64,000 nt of DNA from an uncultured Planctomycetaceae bacterium (GTDB taxonomy: Bacteria > Planctomycetota > Planctomycetia > Planctomycetales > Planctomycetaceae). Within the stretch, counting starts at the first letter, position 1, and each line of letters starts with the position of its first letter. Made by a program: the position numbers and the translations under genes. Shown here one piece after another: positions 24,601 through 37,148 of this stretch. The DNA is taken from contig CAWFAK010000005.1 in the NCBI GenBank assembly GCA_963813715.1, forward strand, positions 896,001 to 960,000, written 5' to 3'. The notes below the pieces were generated by a model. It did not search any database. It saw nothing but the letters and a program-made list of their open reading frames with translations, and was not told the origin of the DNA.

Positions 24601-25321
24601 CCAGAAAGATCAGGTCGATGTCCGAGCTGTAGTTGAGTTCCTCGCCCCCCAGCTTGCCCATCGCGACGACGGAGAACTTGTCGCGCCCCAGTTCGAGTTG
24701 GGTCGCGAACATGGTCAGGCACGTTTGCACCAGGCTGTCGGCAAGCAGCGAGAGCTGCACGGTGACCGACTTCAGGTCGAAGAGGCCGAACGCGTCGCAG
24801 GCGCCGATCCGCAATAGCTCCCAGCGCTGATACCGCCGCAGCGCGTCGAGCCGCGCCTCGATCGGCCCTTCCCCGGCCGCCTCCCGCGCTTCGGCGACAA
24901 AATGCGCGCGGCTCTTGATGTCGGCCAGCTGCTTGTGGTTGGTCAGCTTTTCCAGGTAATCGGGATTGCGCAGCAGGATCTCGGTGAGGAACTGGCTGCC
25001 GACGAAGAGCTTGACGAGAATTTCGACGGCCCGCGGCTTGGAGGCCAGATACCGCAACAGGATGGTGCGGTTGGCCACGCACTGCACGTAGCGCTCGAAG
25101 TTGAGCAGCGATGCGTCGGGCGTGGCCGCGTCCGACAGGGCGATCAACAGCATCGGCAGAACATCGGCCAGGGCACGCCGCGAGGCATCGTCGTGAGCGA
25201 TCTCGCGGAGCCGTCGGAGGGCCAGCGCCCAATCGGCGAAGCCGACAGCCGAGAGCAGCTCGCGCGCCTCCGCTTCCGGAAAGTCGGCACGAAGGACAAG
25301 TTGGCCGCTGTGCTCGAACAT
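21655..25321 (-). CDS. glnE: Glutamine synthetase adenylyltransferase/adenylyl-removing enzyme with internal ACT domains; frameshift near 22480
   Basis: Two nucleotidyltransferase domains: [32 protein letters not shown], and [30 protein letters not shown]. Confidence 0.9.
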
Positions 25322-25399
25322 GCTGGAATGATCAGGAACCGCCGCGAGGAGGGCAAGCGGCCAGGGGTTGGCCGCTCGGGTGAAGATCGCCGGGGGTCA

Positions 25400-25408
25400 T
25401 GTTATTAT
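25400..25408 (+). promoter_or_regulatory. Candidate extended -10 promoter for the oxidoreductase
   Basis: TG-T-TATTAT about 100 bp upstream of ATG 25508, in the divergent glnE intergenic region. Confidence 0.35.
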
Positions 25409-25507
25409 GCCCCGAGCGCGTTTCCTCCCCCGTTTTTGGGCGGCAGCAGCGTATTTGTAAGAGCGAAGCCGCTTTTTGGCGAAGGTTTGCAGGTTCGGGA
25501 GCCATTC

Positions 25508-26875
25508 ATGTTCGACAAGTCAACACGTCGTGATTTCCTCAAGACCTCCTCGTTGCTGAGCACCGCGTGGTGGGTGGGCCAAAGCGAGGCCCTGGCCGTC
25601 AGCAAAAGCCCCAATGAACAGTTGAATTTCGCCTGCATCGGCGTCGACGGGAAGGGCTCCAGCGACACGGATGATGCGGCCCGCAACGGCATCATCGTCG
25701 CACTGTGCGATATCGACGATCGTCACCTCGAAAAGAAAAAGGGGCAGCTCAAGCGCCGCAACAAGATCAACGACTCGCTCAAGACTTTCAACGATTACCG
25801 CGAAATGCTCGACCAGATGGGCGACAAGATCGACGCGGTGACCGTCAGCATCCCGGACCACAGCCATGCGTCGGCCAGCGTCCTGGCGATGAAGAAGGGG
25901 AAGCACTGCTTCACTCAGAAACCGCTGACCTGGTCGGTCTACGAAGCCCGCCGCATGCGAGAAGTGGCCAACGAAATGAAGGTGGCCACGCAGATGGGCA
26001 ACCAGGGAACGTCCAAAAATGGCTTGCGCACCGCCGTCGAAATCATCCGCTCCGGCGCGATCGGCGACGTGAAGGAGGTCCACGTCTGGACCAATCGGCC
26101 CATCTGGCCGCAGGGCGCCGGTCGTCCCGATCGCACCGATCCCGTCCCCAAATATGTCCACTGGGACTTGTTCCTCGGCCCGGCGCCGGAACGCCCCTAC
26201 GTCAACGACGTCTACCATCCGTTCAAATGGCGCGGTTGGCTCGACTTCGGCACCGGCGCCCTGGGTGACATGGCGTGTCACACGGCCAACATGGGAGTGA
26301 TGGCACTGGAGCTGTTCGATCCCGCCGCCGTCGAAGTCAAGAAGACCTCGGGCATCGTCCAGAACGAAACGTATCCGAAGTATTCGGTCATCGAGTACGA
26401 GTTCCCCGAGCGGACGAGCGTCATGTTCAAGCAGGGCATCAAGCTGCCGCCGTGCAAGCTGACCTGGTACGACGGTCAGCAGTATCCGCCGAACGAGCTC
26501 TTGCAGGGCGAACACCGGCGCGACAGTGGCATGGTGCTGGTCGGTGATCAGGGCTCGCTCTATACGCCGGACGATTACGGGGAGGAATATGTGCTCTTAC
26601 CCCGCAAGAAGTTCGCGAAATACACCCCGCCGGAGAAGTTCTTGCCGCGGACCTCGAACCACTTCAAGGAATGGGCCACGGCGTGCCACGGCGGGGCTCC
26701 GGCGATGTCGAACTTCAATTACTCGTCGCGGCTGACGGAAACGATGATCTTGGGCGACCTGGCGCTGAAAGCCGGCACGCGAGTCGAGTGGGACGCCAAG
26801 AACCAGGTCGTGACCAACAATCCGGCCGCAAACAAGTTTGTTCGTCGCGAGTATCGTGCCGGCTATTCCGTCTGA
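25508..26875 (+). CDS. Tat-exported Gfo/Idh/MocA family oxidoreductase
   Basis: TRRDFLK Tat motif, [35 protein letters not shown] and GALGDMACH. Confidence 0.93.
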   Translation: MFDKSTRRDFLKTSSLLSTAWWVGQSEALAVSKSPNEQLNFACIGVDGKGSSDTDDAARNGIIVALCDIDDRHLEKKKGQLKRRNKINDSLKTFNDYREMLDQMGDKIDAVTVSIPDHSHASASVLAMKKGKHCFTQKPLTWSVYEARRMREVANEMKVATQMGNQGTSKNGLRTAVEIIRSGAIGDVKEVHVWTNRPIWPQGAGRPDRTDPVPKYVHWDLFLGPAPERPYVNDVYHPFKWRGWLDFGTGALGDMACHTANMGVMALELFDPAAVEVKKTSGIVQNETYPKYSVIEYEFPERTSVMFKQGIKLPPCKLTWYDGQQYPPNELLQGEHRRDSGMVLVGDQGSLYTPDDYGEEYVLLPRKKFAKYTPPEKFLPRTSNHFKEWATACHGGAPAMSNFNYSSRLTETMILGDLALKAGTRVEWDAKNQVVTNNPAANKFVRREYRAGYSV

Positions 26876-26894
26876 GCCTCGCGAGTGATTTACG

Positions 26895-26929
26895 AGCCCG
26901 CGGACCGCTTGTCCGCGGGCTTATTTTTT
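26895..26929 (+). terminator. Rho-independent terminator
   Basis: AGCCCGCGGAC-cgctt-GTCCGCGGGCT stem followed by TATTTTTT, 20 bp after the stop. Confidence 0.8.
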
Positions 26930-26964
26930 GACGGGCTTATCTTTTGCCCTGCGCCGGGTGGCCC

Positions 26965-27876
26965 ATGCCCAAACTCGCCTTCTCGACGCTGGCCTGTCCC
27001 GATTGGCCTCTCGATCGCGTGCTCGAGCGCTGTTGTAGCTACGGCTACGACGGCGTCGAGATTCGACAGATCTTCGGCCAGACCGATCTGCTGAAGGTCG
27101 CCGCGCTGCACCCGTCGCAACATTCCGAGTTGAGGCGGAAGTTGGCCGATGGAAACATCGCCATCTGCGGCCTGGCTTCGTCGGTTCGATTCGATTATCC
27201 GGAAGCCGCGGCGCGCGAGGCACAGTTTCGACATCGGCCGCGCCTACGTGGAACTCGCCGCCGCGCTCGGAGCGAGATTCGTGCGCGTCTTCGGCGACGT
27301 ATTGCCGCCGGGTCCGCCGGCCGCCCGTGCAGCGGCCCTCGAGCCGATTGCCGCGGGGCTGGACCGGCTGGGCGAATTCGCCGGCACGGTGCAGGTCCGC
27401 ATCGTGCTGGAAACGCACGGCGACTTCTCCGACTCGACCGTGGTCGCCGCGCTGATGCCGCGGATTCACTCGCCGTTTGTGGGCATTCTCTGGGATACGC
27501 ATCATCCCTGGAAGTTCTTCGACGAGCCGCTGTCACAAACGTGGGATCGCCTGCGGCCGTGGGTCTGGCACACGCATTGGAAAGACTCGGTGAGCCGCCC
27601 CGCCGTTCCGGCGCCGAATCGTCGACCGCCCACGAACAGTCCTCGGCCGCGACGGCGGCACACGCCCTGATGAGCGGCCATCGCGAGGCGGATTATGTCC
27701 TGTTCGGCGGCGGCGAATTTCCGGCGGAGGAATGCGCGCGGCTGCTGAAGACGTCCGGCTACGATGGCTGGCTCAGTCTCGAGTGGGAGAAGATGTGGCA
27801 CCCGCAGCTCGAGGTCCCGGAAGTCGCGCTGCCCCTCTTCGCGAACAAGATGCGGGCCCTGTGGGAGCGACTTTAG
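26965..27876 (+). CDS. Sugar phosphate isomerase/epimerase (xylose isomerase-like TIM barrel); frameshifted
   Basis: FSTLACPDW, YDGVEIR, LETHGDF, WDTHH, HTHWKD and YDGWLSLEWEK. Confidence 0.88.
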   Translation: MPKLAFSTLACPDWPLDRVLERCCSYGYDGVEIRQIFGQTDLLKVAALHPSQHSELRRKLADGNIAICGLASSVRFDYPEAAAREAQFRHRPRLRGTRRRARSEIRARLRRRIAAGSAGRPCSGPRADCRGAGPAGRIRRHGAGPHRAGNARRLLRLDRGRRADAADSLAVCGHSLGYASSLEVLRRAAVTNVGSPAAVGLAHALERLGEPPRRSGAESSTAHEQSSAATAAHALMSGHREADYVLFGGGEFPAEECARLLKTSGYDGWLSLEWEKMWHPQLEVPEVALPLFANKMRALWERL

Positions 27877-28142
27877 TCAGCGTCGCGCGCCGAGCTACTT
27901 GGCTCTCGAAAAGGCGAAAGAAGCGCGGACTCGGCTGACTTTTCGTTTCGGCACGTGCGAAGCGGCGACTGTGCCCGTCGCACCGGCTGTACGGGCGTTT
28001 TTCGGCTCGCGGGAGCGAATTTTTTGCCGTGCCGGCATGGTTTGCCCAGACCCCGGCTCGTGCGGTCCCGGCAGGACTGGTCCGACGTTTGCACGGCGTA
28101 GCGGCTGTGCCGAGAGCGACGTCGACGGTTTTGGCAAATCGT

Positions 28143-28170
28143 TTGACACCCTTCATCTACGGCTTATATT
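28143..28170 (+). promoter_or_regulatory. Candidate sigma70 promoter for the S41 protease operon
   Basis: TTGACA-N16-TATATT ending 32 bp before ATG 28203; GAGGGGG RBS. Confidence 0.55.
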
Positions 28171-28202
28171 CGACGGAATCACGTCGCTGCCGAGGGGGGA
28201 AA

Positions 28203-29961
28203 ATGATTTTTGCCTCAAGATGTCGCACCCGCGTCTCGCTGGTTGCCCTGCTGGTTGTCAGTCTTACATTCGTCCTTCCCTCGCGACCGGTGGAAGCCGG
28301 GCGCGTGACCGGCGTCGATCAGACGCCCGCCGATCCGGCCGCCGCGGTCGAGATAGGGCTGAAACATGAGCGCTCGCGACGCTGGCTCGACGCCATCGAC
28401 TCCTACGAGCACGCTCTCAAACACTTTCCCGACAACGCCGAGATCAAGTACGGCCTGCGTCGCTCGAAGATCCAGTTTGCGATCGAGCGCCGCTACGAAG
28501 ACGGCAGCTTCGAGAGTCGGCTGCTGCAGCTGCCGCGCGAGTCGGCGTTCGCACTCTTCGACAAGGTCGTGGAAAACGTCCGCATGTATTATGTGGAAGA
28601 AGTCGAGCGCCACCTCGTTCGTCGCTCACGGAACCGAGAGTCTGTATCACGCACTGGCCAACGAGAAGTTCCTCGCGCACAACCTGCGACAGGTCGACCA
28701 CGCTCGCGTGGCTCACGTGCGACAGGTGCTGCGGGAGCGATTCTGGAATCGGCCCGTCGAGGATTTCTCGGTCGCTCGCGACACCGTCTCCGAAGTTGCC
28801 AACCTGGTTGAAAGGGAGCTCAACCTGCCGGCCACCACCGTGGTCTTCGAATACGTCTTCGGCGGCTGCAATTGCCTCGACGACTACAGCAACTTTCTCA
28901 CGCCCGACCGCCTCACCGACTTGCACGGCAACATCAACGGCGAGTTTGTGGGGCTGGGAATTGAGATGAAGGGCGATCCCGGCAAGGGCATGTTCCTGGT
29001 CAACGTTCTGCCCGACAGCCCGGCCGAACAAGGGGGCTTGCACGCGGGCGAATACATCGTCGCGATCAACGGGTCGAGCTGCAAAAACATGACGACCGAC
29101 GAGGCCGCCAAGGTGTTGCGCGGCCCTCCGGGAACCCGCGTGGCGCTGGCCATCGAAGGCGCCCCGGCAGCGCGCCGCGGCAGGGAGAGTTCATCCGCCG
29201 GGCCGTCGAAGTCAAAAGCATTCCCGTCGCTCGCATCGTCGATCGCGAACATGGCATCGCCTACATCCGCATGACCGCCTTTCAGGCGACCTCGCCCCGC
29301 GAGCTCGACGCGGCCCTGAGCCAGCTGTCCCGCGAAGGCATGCGGGCCGTGATCTGGGACCTGCGGGGAAATCCGGGCGGACTGCTGTCGGCCGCCACAA
29401 GCGTGCTCGATCGATTCATCGACTCGGGCGTGCTGGTGTCGACCCGCGGCCGCTCGCTCGATCAGAACTCCTCGTTCTCGGCCTCGTCGCACCCCAAGTA
29501 CAATATTCCGATGGTGCTGCTCGTCGATGAAAACAGCGCCAGCGCCAGCGAGATCGTGGCCGGAGCCGTTCACGACCACAAGCGGGGCACGATCGTCGGA
29601 CGGACGACGTACGGCAAATGGTGCGTGCAGAGCATCTTCTATATGCCCAACGGTGCCGGACTGCGGCTGACCACGGCCAAGTTCTTCTCGCCTCGCGGCC
29701 ACAACTTCTCCGAGGTCGGCGTTCGCCCGGACGTGGCCGTCTCGTCGGATGAGGAATATGTCGCGCTCAAGCCGCCGGCCGACGGTCAGGACGCCGTCGA
29801 TACAAACAGCAGTGGCGGTGGGCCGACGGCTCGCGCTCCGCTGGGACGGAAAAGCCAACCGCATCCGCCCCAGCCTGCGGGACGTGCCGGGTCCGGACGA
29901 CCACGACATGCGAAAGGCCCTGGACATCCTTTCCCATCAGGTGCAGTTGACGGGACGATGA
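28203..29961 (+). CDS. S41 family carboxyl-terminal processing protease with PDZ domain; frameshifted
   Basis: Signal peptide, LDDYS, FVGLGI (PDZ), WDLRGNPGG, SASASEI, GRTTYGK and GLRLTTAKF. Confidence 0.9.
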
Positions 29962-30860
29962 CCGAGTCGGAGCAACGCTGGCTCGACCAAGGCCGGGGAC
30001 TCAGTCCCGAATGGACCTGGTCCTTCACGGCGGATGCTCCCTTGGTCGGGCTGGAGCTGGCTCGGGAGAGCGGCGACACGATTGTCGCGGACGCTTCCGG
30101 CAGCGTGTACATCCTGGACCGGCGTGGACGCATCGTCACCCTGTCCCGCGGTCTGCACGAGCTGGTCGACCTGGCTTGGTCCGACTCGGGCACTCACGGC
30201 GCAGTCGTCGTCGGTGAAACGACGCTGGCGGTCTTGAATCGTCAGCTCCGCCTGGTCTGGACCTCCGATCTGCGTGAACCGATCCGCGCCATCGCGGTGG
30301 ACCCTTACGGTCACCACTTTGCGGCCTGCCTGGAAGGCGGCGAAACGCGGATCCTCAACAACACGCGAAAGACCATCGGCCGCTTCAAGACGACACGGCG
30401 GCTGTCCCACGTGCGGTTCGTCACGGGACATGCCGATCTCATTGCCACGGCGGACAACGGCCTGCTTTGCCGCCACCATCTCGACGGCACCCCCCTGTGG
30501 GGCGAGCCCTGCTGGTCGAATATCGGCGATTTGAGCATCACGGGGGACGGCGGGGCGATCTTTCTGGCCGGCCTCAACCTGGGCATTCAGCGGTTCGACG
30601 GCAACGGAAACTCGCAGGGGACCTACGTCGTCGAGGGGACGCCAAACCGGGTGTCCACCAGCTACGCGCTGAACCGGGTGGTCGCATCGACCGTGGAACG
30701 AGGGCTGATCTGGCTCGATTCCGACGGGGAAATCCTCTGGGCAGTCGAAACCCCCGAAGAGGTCCTGACGCTGCGCTGCGACCCGCTGGGAGCCGGTTTT
30801 GTCTGCGGTTTTGAGGGGGGGCGCGTGGTCCGGCTCGACTGGGGAGCCCCTTTTCCTTAA
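29958..30860 (+). CDS. Hypothetical beta-propeller (WD40/PQQ-like) protein
   Basis: ATGA overlap with the protease stop; repeated beta-strand/Trp-Asp-like blades. Confidence 0.7.
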   Translation: MTESEQRWLDQGRGLSPEWTWSFTADAPLVGLELARESGDTIVADASGSVYILDRRGRIVTLSRGLHELVDLAWSDSGTHGAVVVGETTLAVLNRQLRLVWTSDLREPIRAIAVDPYGHHFAACLEGGETRILNNTRKTIGRFKTTRRLSHVRFVTGHADLIATADNGLLCRHHLDGTPLWGEPCWSNIGDLSITGDGGAIFLAGLNLGIQRFDGNGNSQGTYVVEGTPNRVSTSYALNRVVASTVERGLIWLDSDGEILWAVETPEEVLTLRCDPLGAGFVCGFEGGRVVRLDWGAPFP

Positions 30861-30886
30861 GCCTTCGTTATTGCCCGGACAGCGTT

Positions 30887-30916
30887 TTGACGCCGTTTGC
30901 CGAGCTTTGGTAGACT
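30887..30916 (+). promoter_or_regulatory. Candidate sigma70 promoter for the kinase gene
   Basis: TTGACG-N18-TAGACT with an extended -10 TG. Confidence 0.55.
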
Positions 30917-31044
30917 GGAATTCGGGCGGGCTAAAGCCTTGGTGCTTGTAGGATTCCGGTGTCGCGAGGCCGGCTGCGTGGCCTTGGGCCTTGCCGCGGC
31001 AGGCCGACACGGGAGTGCTACGCGCTCGGAATGTTGAGGCGTCG

Positions 31045-34000
31045 ATGTCTTCTGGATCGAACGTCCCGGAGGGCCAGCGCGCTTCGGATGCGCCGCGCGA
31101 GCCTTCGCTGGCGGGCCGAACGACTCTCGGCAAATACCAGGTCGTGCGAGAGCTCGGCGCCGGCGGCATGGGGACGGTCTATCTGGCCGTCGACTCCAAT
31201 CTCAAGCGGACGGTCGCGCTCAAGGTACTCCACAAGGAGCGGGCCTCGAACGAAACGCTCGTCCGCCGCTTCGAGTCGGAGGCGACGGCGTCAGCCCAGC
31301 TCAAGCACGAGAACATTGTCACCGTCTATGACGCCGGCCAGATCGACGGGCACCTCTTCATCGCCCTCGAGTTCGTCGACGGCACCGACATCCACGAACT
31401 GGTGGCCAAGCGCGGCGCTGTGCCGTTGACGCGATCGGTCAATTACGTCAGGCAGATCGCCCGCGCTCTGGACCATTTGCATTCGCGAGGCATCGTCCAT
31501 CGCGATATCAAGCCGTCCAACCTGCTCTTGACCAAGGACGGCGTGGTCAAGCTGACCGACTTGGGTCTGGCCCGCGCCGTCGACGAATCACTGGCCTCGA
31601 ACATCACTCGCGAGGGGACCACCGTCGGCACGGTCGATTACATGTCGCCCGAGCAGGCCCGCAACAGCCAGGCCGCCGACATTCGCAGCGACATCTATTC
31701 GCTGGGCTGCACCTGGTACCAGATGCTTACGGGCGAGCCCCCCTATCCGGAGGGAAGCGTCACCAACAAGCTGTACGCGCACATCTCGAAGGCGCGGCCC
31801 GATCCACGAGCGTTCAATCACACGGTTCCGGAAGAGATCGTCGCCGTCATGCACAAGATGATGGCCCGCAAAGTGGACGACCGCTACCAGAATCCGTCCG
31901 AGCTAATCAACGATCTAGACAACCTGGGTTCGGGCTACAAGCAGCTGGAAGAGGTGCTGGGGGCCGCCGCCGAGGAGAATTTTCCGAGTGCGCCGGACTC
32001 GGCTTTCGCCGCGCCCACGCGGGCCGCTCCGCTGCCGTTGCCTCCCCGGCAACCACGCCGCATGCCGCGCGAAGCCGAGCCGGAGGGGCACGATCGCGAG
32101 GAGACGGAGCGGTCGGTCCCCGAACGCCGGATGCCAGCCCGACAACTGCCGCCGTCGGCTCGAGGCGTTTCGCTGCCTCCGCGGCAACCGCCTCCTCCGG
32201 CGCGACCCGGGCAGCCGCCGGGTCGGCAATCCCACACTCCGCCCCGACAGATGCCCGTTCCCGGTCGACAAACACCGACGCCCGCTCGTCAATTGCCCAC
32301 GCCCAGCAACATCAGTGCAGCGGATCGGCAATTTCTCCGCGACGACTCGGGCATTTCCAAGGTCGGCGCAACCAATCGCCGAGCTCCCACGCGGCGCGGT
32401 GGCGGCGGCGTTGTTTCGGACGAGCCAGTCGGAACGGCTAGAGGTCCCAGACTGCCGCTGGGTGAGCTGTCCTCGCTTAACGAATGGCAGCCGCTGGCCA
32501 AAAAAGTCGGCACGGTCTTGGCTGCCGTGGCGGCGATCGGATTTTTGGGTTGGCTCACATCTCCCTATTGGCTCCCTGGCGGCTCGAACGGGACCGAGAT
32601 TGCCCACAACCCGTTTGATCCCTCGGCCCCAACGCCGCAGGCGACGCCCGGAGCCGACGACGACCAACCGTCCAAGAAGACCGGCAAATCGGAGAAGGGC
32701 AAAGCGGCCTCGGACGCGAACAAAAAATCGGGCGGCGCCGGCAAAGGGGACCGGTCGATCATCGTGGCGGAGGCAAAAAAGCCGAACGGGGACAAGCTCG
32801 GTGCCGGCTCCATTCCGGGGCGGCCCGCCGAACGAGCGGAGTTTCCCAGCTGGGTCAACGAGCTGTGGGATCCGCGGGGAACGAACGCAGCGGCCACCGT
32901 CGGGCTCAAAACGATCACCGTCGGCCGCGTCGGCAAAGAACCGCCGGCCCAGGTGGCAAATTTGTCCGATGCGATCGCCCGTCTCCCGGACGAGGGGGGA
33001 GTGATCCAGCTGCGCGGTCCGGGGCCCTTCCTGCTTCCGTCACAGCGGATTCAGCACCGCGGCCAAGTGATCTTCGCCGGTGCCGCAACGCAAAACGGTG
33101 CGAACTCCACAGGAATGAACACCCATGAAACTCGCCCGCTCATCGTGATGATGCCCCCATCGACCGCGGGATCCGTGGCCAAAAACGTCAGCGGCCTTTC
33201 GGCGAGCGAGACTTCGCTCACGTTCTACGGCGTCGACTTGATCGCCTTTGCAGACGAGTTTCGCAGTCAGGGGGCGCTGCGGTTGGTCGAGGTCACCGCC
33301 GGGGATCTGATCGTGCAGAAGTGTTCGCTGACACTGGTGGGCACACGCACTTCCCCGACGACCGCGTTCACGGTGTCCAGCGCTGCCCGCGGGGCCGCGG
33401 CGCAGACAACCGAGCGAACGCCCCGCGTGCTGCTGGATCGGACGGTGGTCCGCGGCAGCGAATTAGCGAGCATCGAAACCGAGCTGCCTGCCGTCGACTT
33501 TCTGGCGATCAACTCACTGTTTGTCTCCGGGCAGGCGCCGGTTTTCACCCTGACCGACAGTGCCAAAGCGACCCACGCCCCCGACGCGTCTGCGAACAAC
33601 GGGCACCCGGCGCGAACCGTGCGCTTCTTCTCGTGCACCACGTGCAGCGACGACTCGGCCGTTTCGCTCCGCGTCAACTCCGACGCGGCCGATCCGCCGA
33701 CAACGCGTTTCCAAGTGCTCAATTCGGTGTTTGGCGTCGTCACGCCGCCGCAGCATCCGATGGTTTCGCTCGCCAACTGGCCCGCACCGGCCGATGTGAC
33801 GGCCAATTCCCCGCGGTTCAAAAACCTCTCGTGGAAGAGTCAGGCGTTCGTTGCCCGGGGCTGGCAGGAAAACCTGGTCGGCAGTGCCTCGGGCATCCAT
33901 CTGGAAGGGCGCAACTCCCAGGACTGGGGCCATTTTTGGGGCGATGTCCGGGCCAGCATCGATTATCAGGGGACGCCGTTTCCCGCGATCGGCGACTTTG

Positions 34001-35421
34001 CGAACGTTGCTCCGGCCCAGTTCAAGGGCGAGGCGTCCCTCTTGCACGACACGGGCGACGACACGTCTCCCCCCGGTTGCGAGACGGCCCTGCTGGGAGT
34101 CACCAGCGCCGACATGGTTGCCCGCGCAGGCGCCTTTTCACATCGCATATTCGTCGCTGCCGAGCCCACCGAGGGGGGGCGACCGCTGGGGCTTCGGTGC
34201 GCGAGATCAATCTCGACGTTCCGAATCACGTGACCAAGGACGACCTGGCCAAATCGATCAACCGCACCGACTGGCCGAGCGGCACGCGCTTCCTCGTTCA
34301 CGGCACCAAGAGAAAACTGTGCAGCCCGATCCGTGTCTCGAACCGCTCGTTCACGATCGAATTCCTCGACAAGGACCTGGTGCTGGCGTTCGATGACCGC
34401 CGGGTCGATGCGTCCAGCGATCGCGAGGCGTTCATCACCGTTACGGGCGGCTCGATCGAAATCGTCAATGCGACGATCCGCATCGAATCGTCGACCCGGC
34501 CCTCCACGCATCGCCTGTTGGACGTGAAGGGGGGGAACTTTACGATTCGCGGCAGCGTTCTTTCCGGGCCGCGGCACGAGAACCCGGGTTACGAAGAGCT
34601 GATTCGCTTTTCCTCGAGCGTGGACGAGTCAATCGCGCCGACGGAAGGCGACCAGTTCATCGGCCTGGTCCGCAACAGCTTTCTATCGAGCATTCGCAAC
34701 CTGGTCAGCGGCGACTTGTCGTCGCGTCACCTGGTGTTCGAGAACTCGCTGCTCGTCGCGGAAAATCGCATTTTCGACCTGCGTTTGCCCGCCAGCCCCG
34801 GCCCCTCGGGTCTCGACCTGCGCTCGTGCACGCTGTCGGCCGGGACGGAGTATTTTCACTTTAATACGCGCACCACGGCCGGCACGCTCAACCGGGCCCT
34901 GGTGTTCGTCGAAAACTCCGTCTTCGCCCCGCCGGTTCGCCCGACCAACGGCGGCTCGACGCGGGCGACCCTCTTCGGCTCGGCCTCCGGTGATCTGCTG
35001 CGGGAACGGGTCGATTGGTGGGAGTACGGCAACGCGTATAGCGACCTGATCGAAGTGCCCGGCGGTGGCTCGTCGCGCGGTTCGCCCGACTTCGCCGGGG
35101 CCGATCCACTCGGCGGCTGGCGAGAGCTGGCCGGCCCCGCGCATATCATCCGATCGGTCGGGCACCCCGGAGCCGTCTTGTTGCCGGGCGATATCTCGAC
35201 GGCCAACGAGGTCAGTCCTGCCGACTTCCGTCTGAAGGCGGAATCGGTGGCGGCCGCCTGGTCCGACACGGGCAAGCCGGTTGGAGTGGACCTCGACGCA
35301 CAGCCCGTCCGTCACACGAAGCGCGTCGTCGACCCCCAAGCCGGCGGCGTCCAAACCCGTGGCCAAACCGGGCGCACCCAAGAAACCGAACGCTCCGCAG
35401 AACCCGGGCGGCGGCTTGTAG
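31045..35421 (+). CDS. Membrane-spanning Hanks-type Ser/Thr protein kinase with a Pro-rich linker and large extracellular region; frameshifts near 34185 and 35340
   Basis: GAGGMGTVY, VALKVL, HRDIKPSN, DLGLAR, YMSPEQ, DIYSLG; TM VGTVLAAVAAIGFLGWL; continues in ORF 33321..35588. Confidence 0.92.
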
Positions 35422-35611
35422 GATTGCAGCCGGGCGAGCCTGACTGGCCCCGGATCGCCAGTTCTCACCTGAGGCATTGCCCTGAACGATTCGATGAGGA
35501 ACCCGCTTCGACGCGCGCCTGCCAGACGGTCGAATGCGCGACGGCGAGCCGAAAGCACATCGCGCGCGGTGACCCTAAATCGGCGTGACTCAACCGTTTC
35601 CCGCGCACTGA

Positions 35612-35647
35612 GGCATTCCAAATGAGACGGCGGCATTCCAAATGAGA
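35612..35647. repeat. 16-bp perfect direct repeat with 20-bp period
   Basis: GGCATTCCAAATGAGA at 35612-35627 and 35632-35647. Confidence 0.9.
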
Positions 35648-35785
35648 GGGCCGGCCTGCCAGCCGAGGGCAGCGACCTCTTCAGTAGTCTCATCCCTCTC
35701 GTCTGGCGAATCCCGCCGCCGGCACGATGCTCCAAGCCCGAACACAAAATAAAAGCGCGAAACAAAGTCGCCAAACAGTGCCGAC

Positions 35786-35815
35786 AAAAAAACCCGGCCC
35801 TGGGGAGGGCCGGGT
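35786..35815 (-). terminator. Rho-independent terminator at the end of the pilus locus
   Basis: Minus strand ACCCGGCCCT-CCCC-AGGGCCGGGT followed by a T-run, about 30 bp after the DUF1559 stop. Confidence 0.85.
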
Positions 35816-35846
35816 CGATCAGACGATCTGAATGTGATGCCGCGAA

Positions 35847-37148
35847 CTACTTCACGTCGCCGTCGGTCGGTTGACCGAAGAGAGTACCGGCGGGCGAAAG
35901 GGCCCGCATGTAGACGCCCGAGTCCATGTTCTGGGACAGGGGCGACGCATGGCCGTCCGTGAAGCAAACGCAGAAGACGCCCGGATGGTTCGCGGCGGGA
36001 CGCGGCGCCTGGCCGTTCGTGGCCGTCAGCAGGTTCGAGTTCGGATCGGCGTCATTGAAGCCCGTGCCGTCCGTCAGGGCGAAGGTCACGGTTCGTTGCC
36101 AAGTTCGGCGTCTGCAATTCAGTGTTCGGCGGAGGCGGCGTCGTCACGATGTTGAACGAGCCCGTCGGCTTGGACGTGTTCACCGTGTAGAGCGTGGGGC
36201 TGGCCCCGCTCACCGGCGTGACGGCAACGCTGATGCCGAAGCCGATGTAACCGGTTTGCAGGTCACGGCGTGTCGGCAGCGTGGTGCCGCCGGTCGTGAG
36301 CGTGTTGATGTCGGCCCAGTAACCGGCGTTGACGTTCTCGGCAAGCAGGATCGTATTGCTGGTGCCGTCGCCGCGCTGGACGAAGTCCGTTGTGAGCGTG
36401 AAACCGCTGGGCTCATTTCGCCAGAAGACTCCGGTCGAGTAACCGATCTGCCTCCCGAGCGGCGTTTGCACGTTGGTGCCGGTTTGGACCGCCCTGTCCG
36501 TCCCAGTCGATCAACGTCGCGTCATGAGCGCCGGGCCCCATGTCACCGGCGAGTGCCCAGGTTGTGGCATTGATGTAGCCCGCGTTGGCGGCGTAGCTCA
36601 AACCGCCCGGCACGTTCTGATTGTTCGCATCGTCCGGGCAGGTGAGCGGCCCGATGATGTTGAGCGGGTTGACGACGTTCGTGGTCGTGTTGATCCCGGT
36701 GAAGGTCAGGAAGGCCGGCGTGCCGCCGCTGGTCGGATTCGGCTTGATGATGCCGCCGTTGTTGATGATCTGCCGCGAAATGGCCGGCTGATCCATGTAA
36801 CCGATGATCTGGGCGACCCACGACATGCCGGGGTTGCCCGTGGTGGTGCTCGTGCCAGCCGTGCTCAGCCGAACGGCCGGGTTTCCGGCGATGGGAGCTG
36901 TTTTCCAACAGCGGGTACTTGTCGCTGCTGCCGGTGGCGAAGTTGATGGTCGCCAGGCCGAGGTTGCGGATGTTGTTGAGGCACTGCGTACGGCGGGCCG
37001 CCTCGCGGGCGCTTTGCACGGCCGGCGAGACGAGCGAGATCAGCACGGCGATGATCGAAATCACCACCAAGAGTTCGATCAGCGTGAAGGCCGAGCGGGC
37101 CCCCGCGCGTGCGATCGAACGATGCGACTGCAGACGACTAGACTTCAT
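35847..37148 (-). CDS. DUF1559 (SBP_bac_10) prepilin-type protein with H-X9-DG C-terminus; frameshifted
   Basis: [61 protein letters not shown] and [13 protein letters not shown]. Confidence 0.92.

Noticed and set aside
22478..24817. Long opposite-strand ORFs (also 52865..54361, 54517..55758, 9057..10262)
   Set aside because: Antisense shadows of real genes, expected in high-GC DNA; no recognisable motifs
35612..35647. CRISPR array
   Set aside because: Only two 16-bp copies with a 4-bp spacer, and no cas genes
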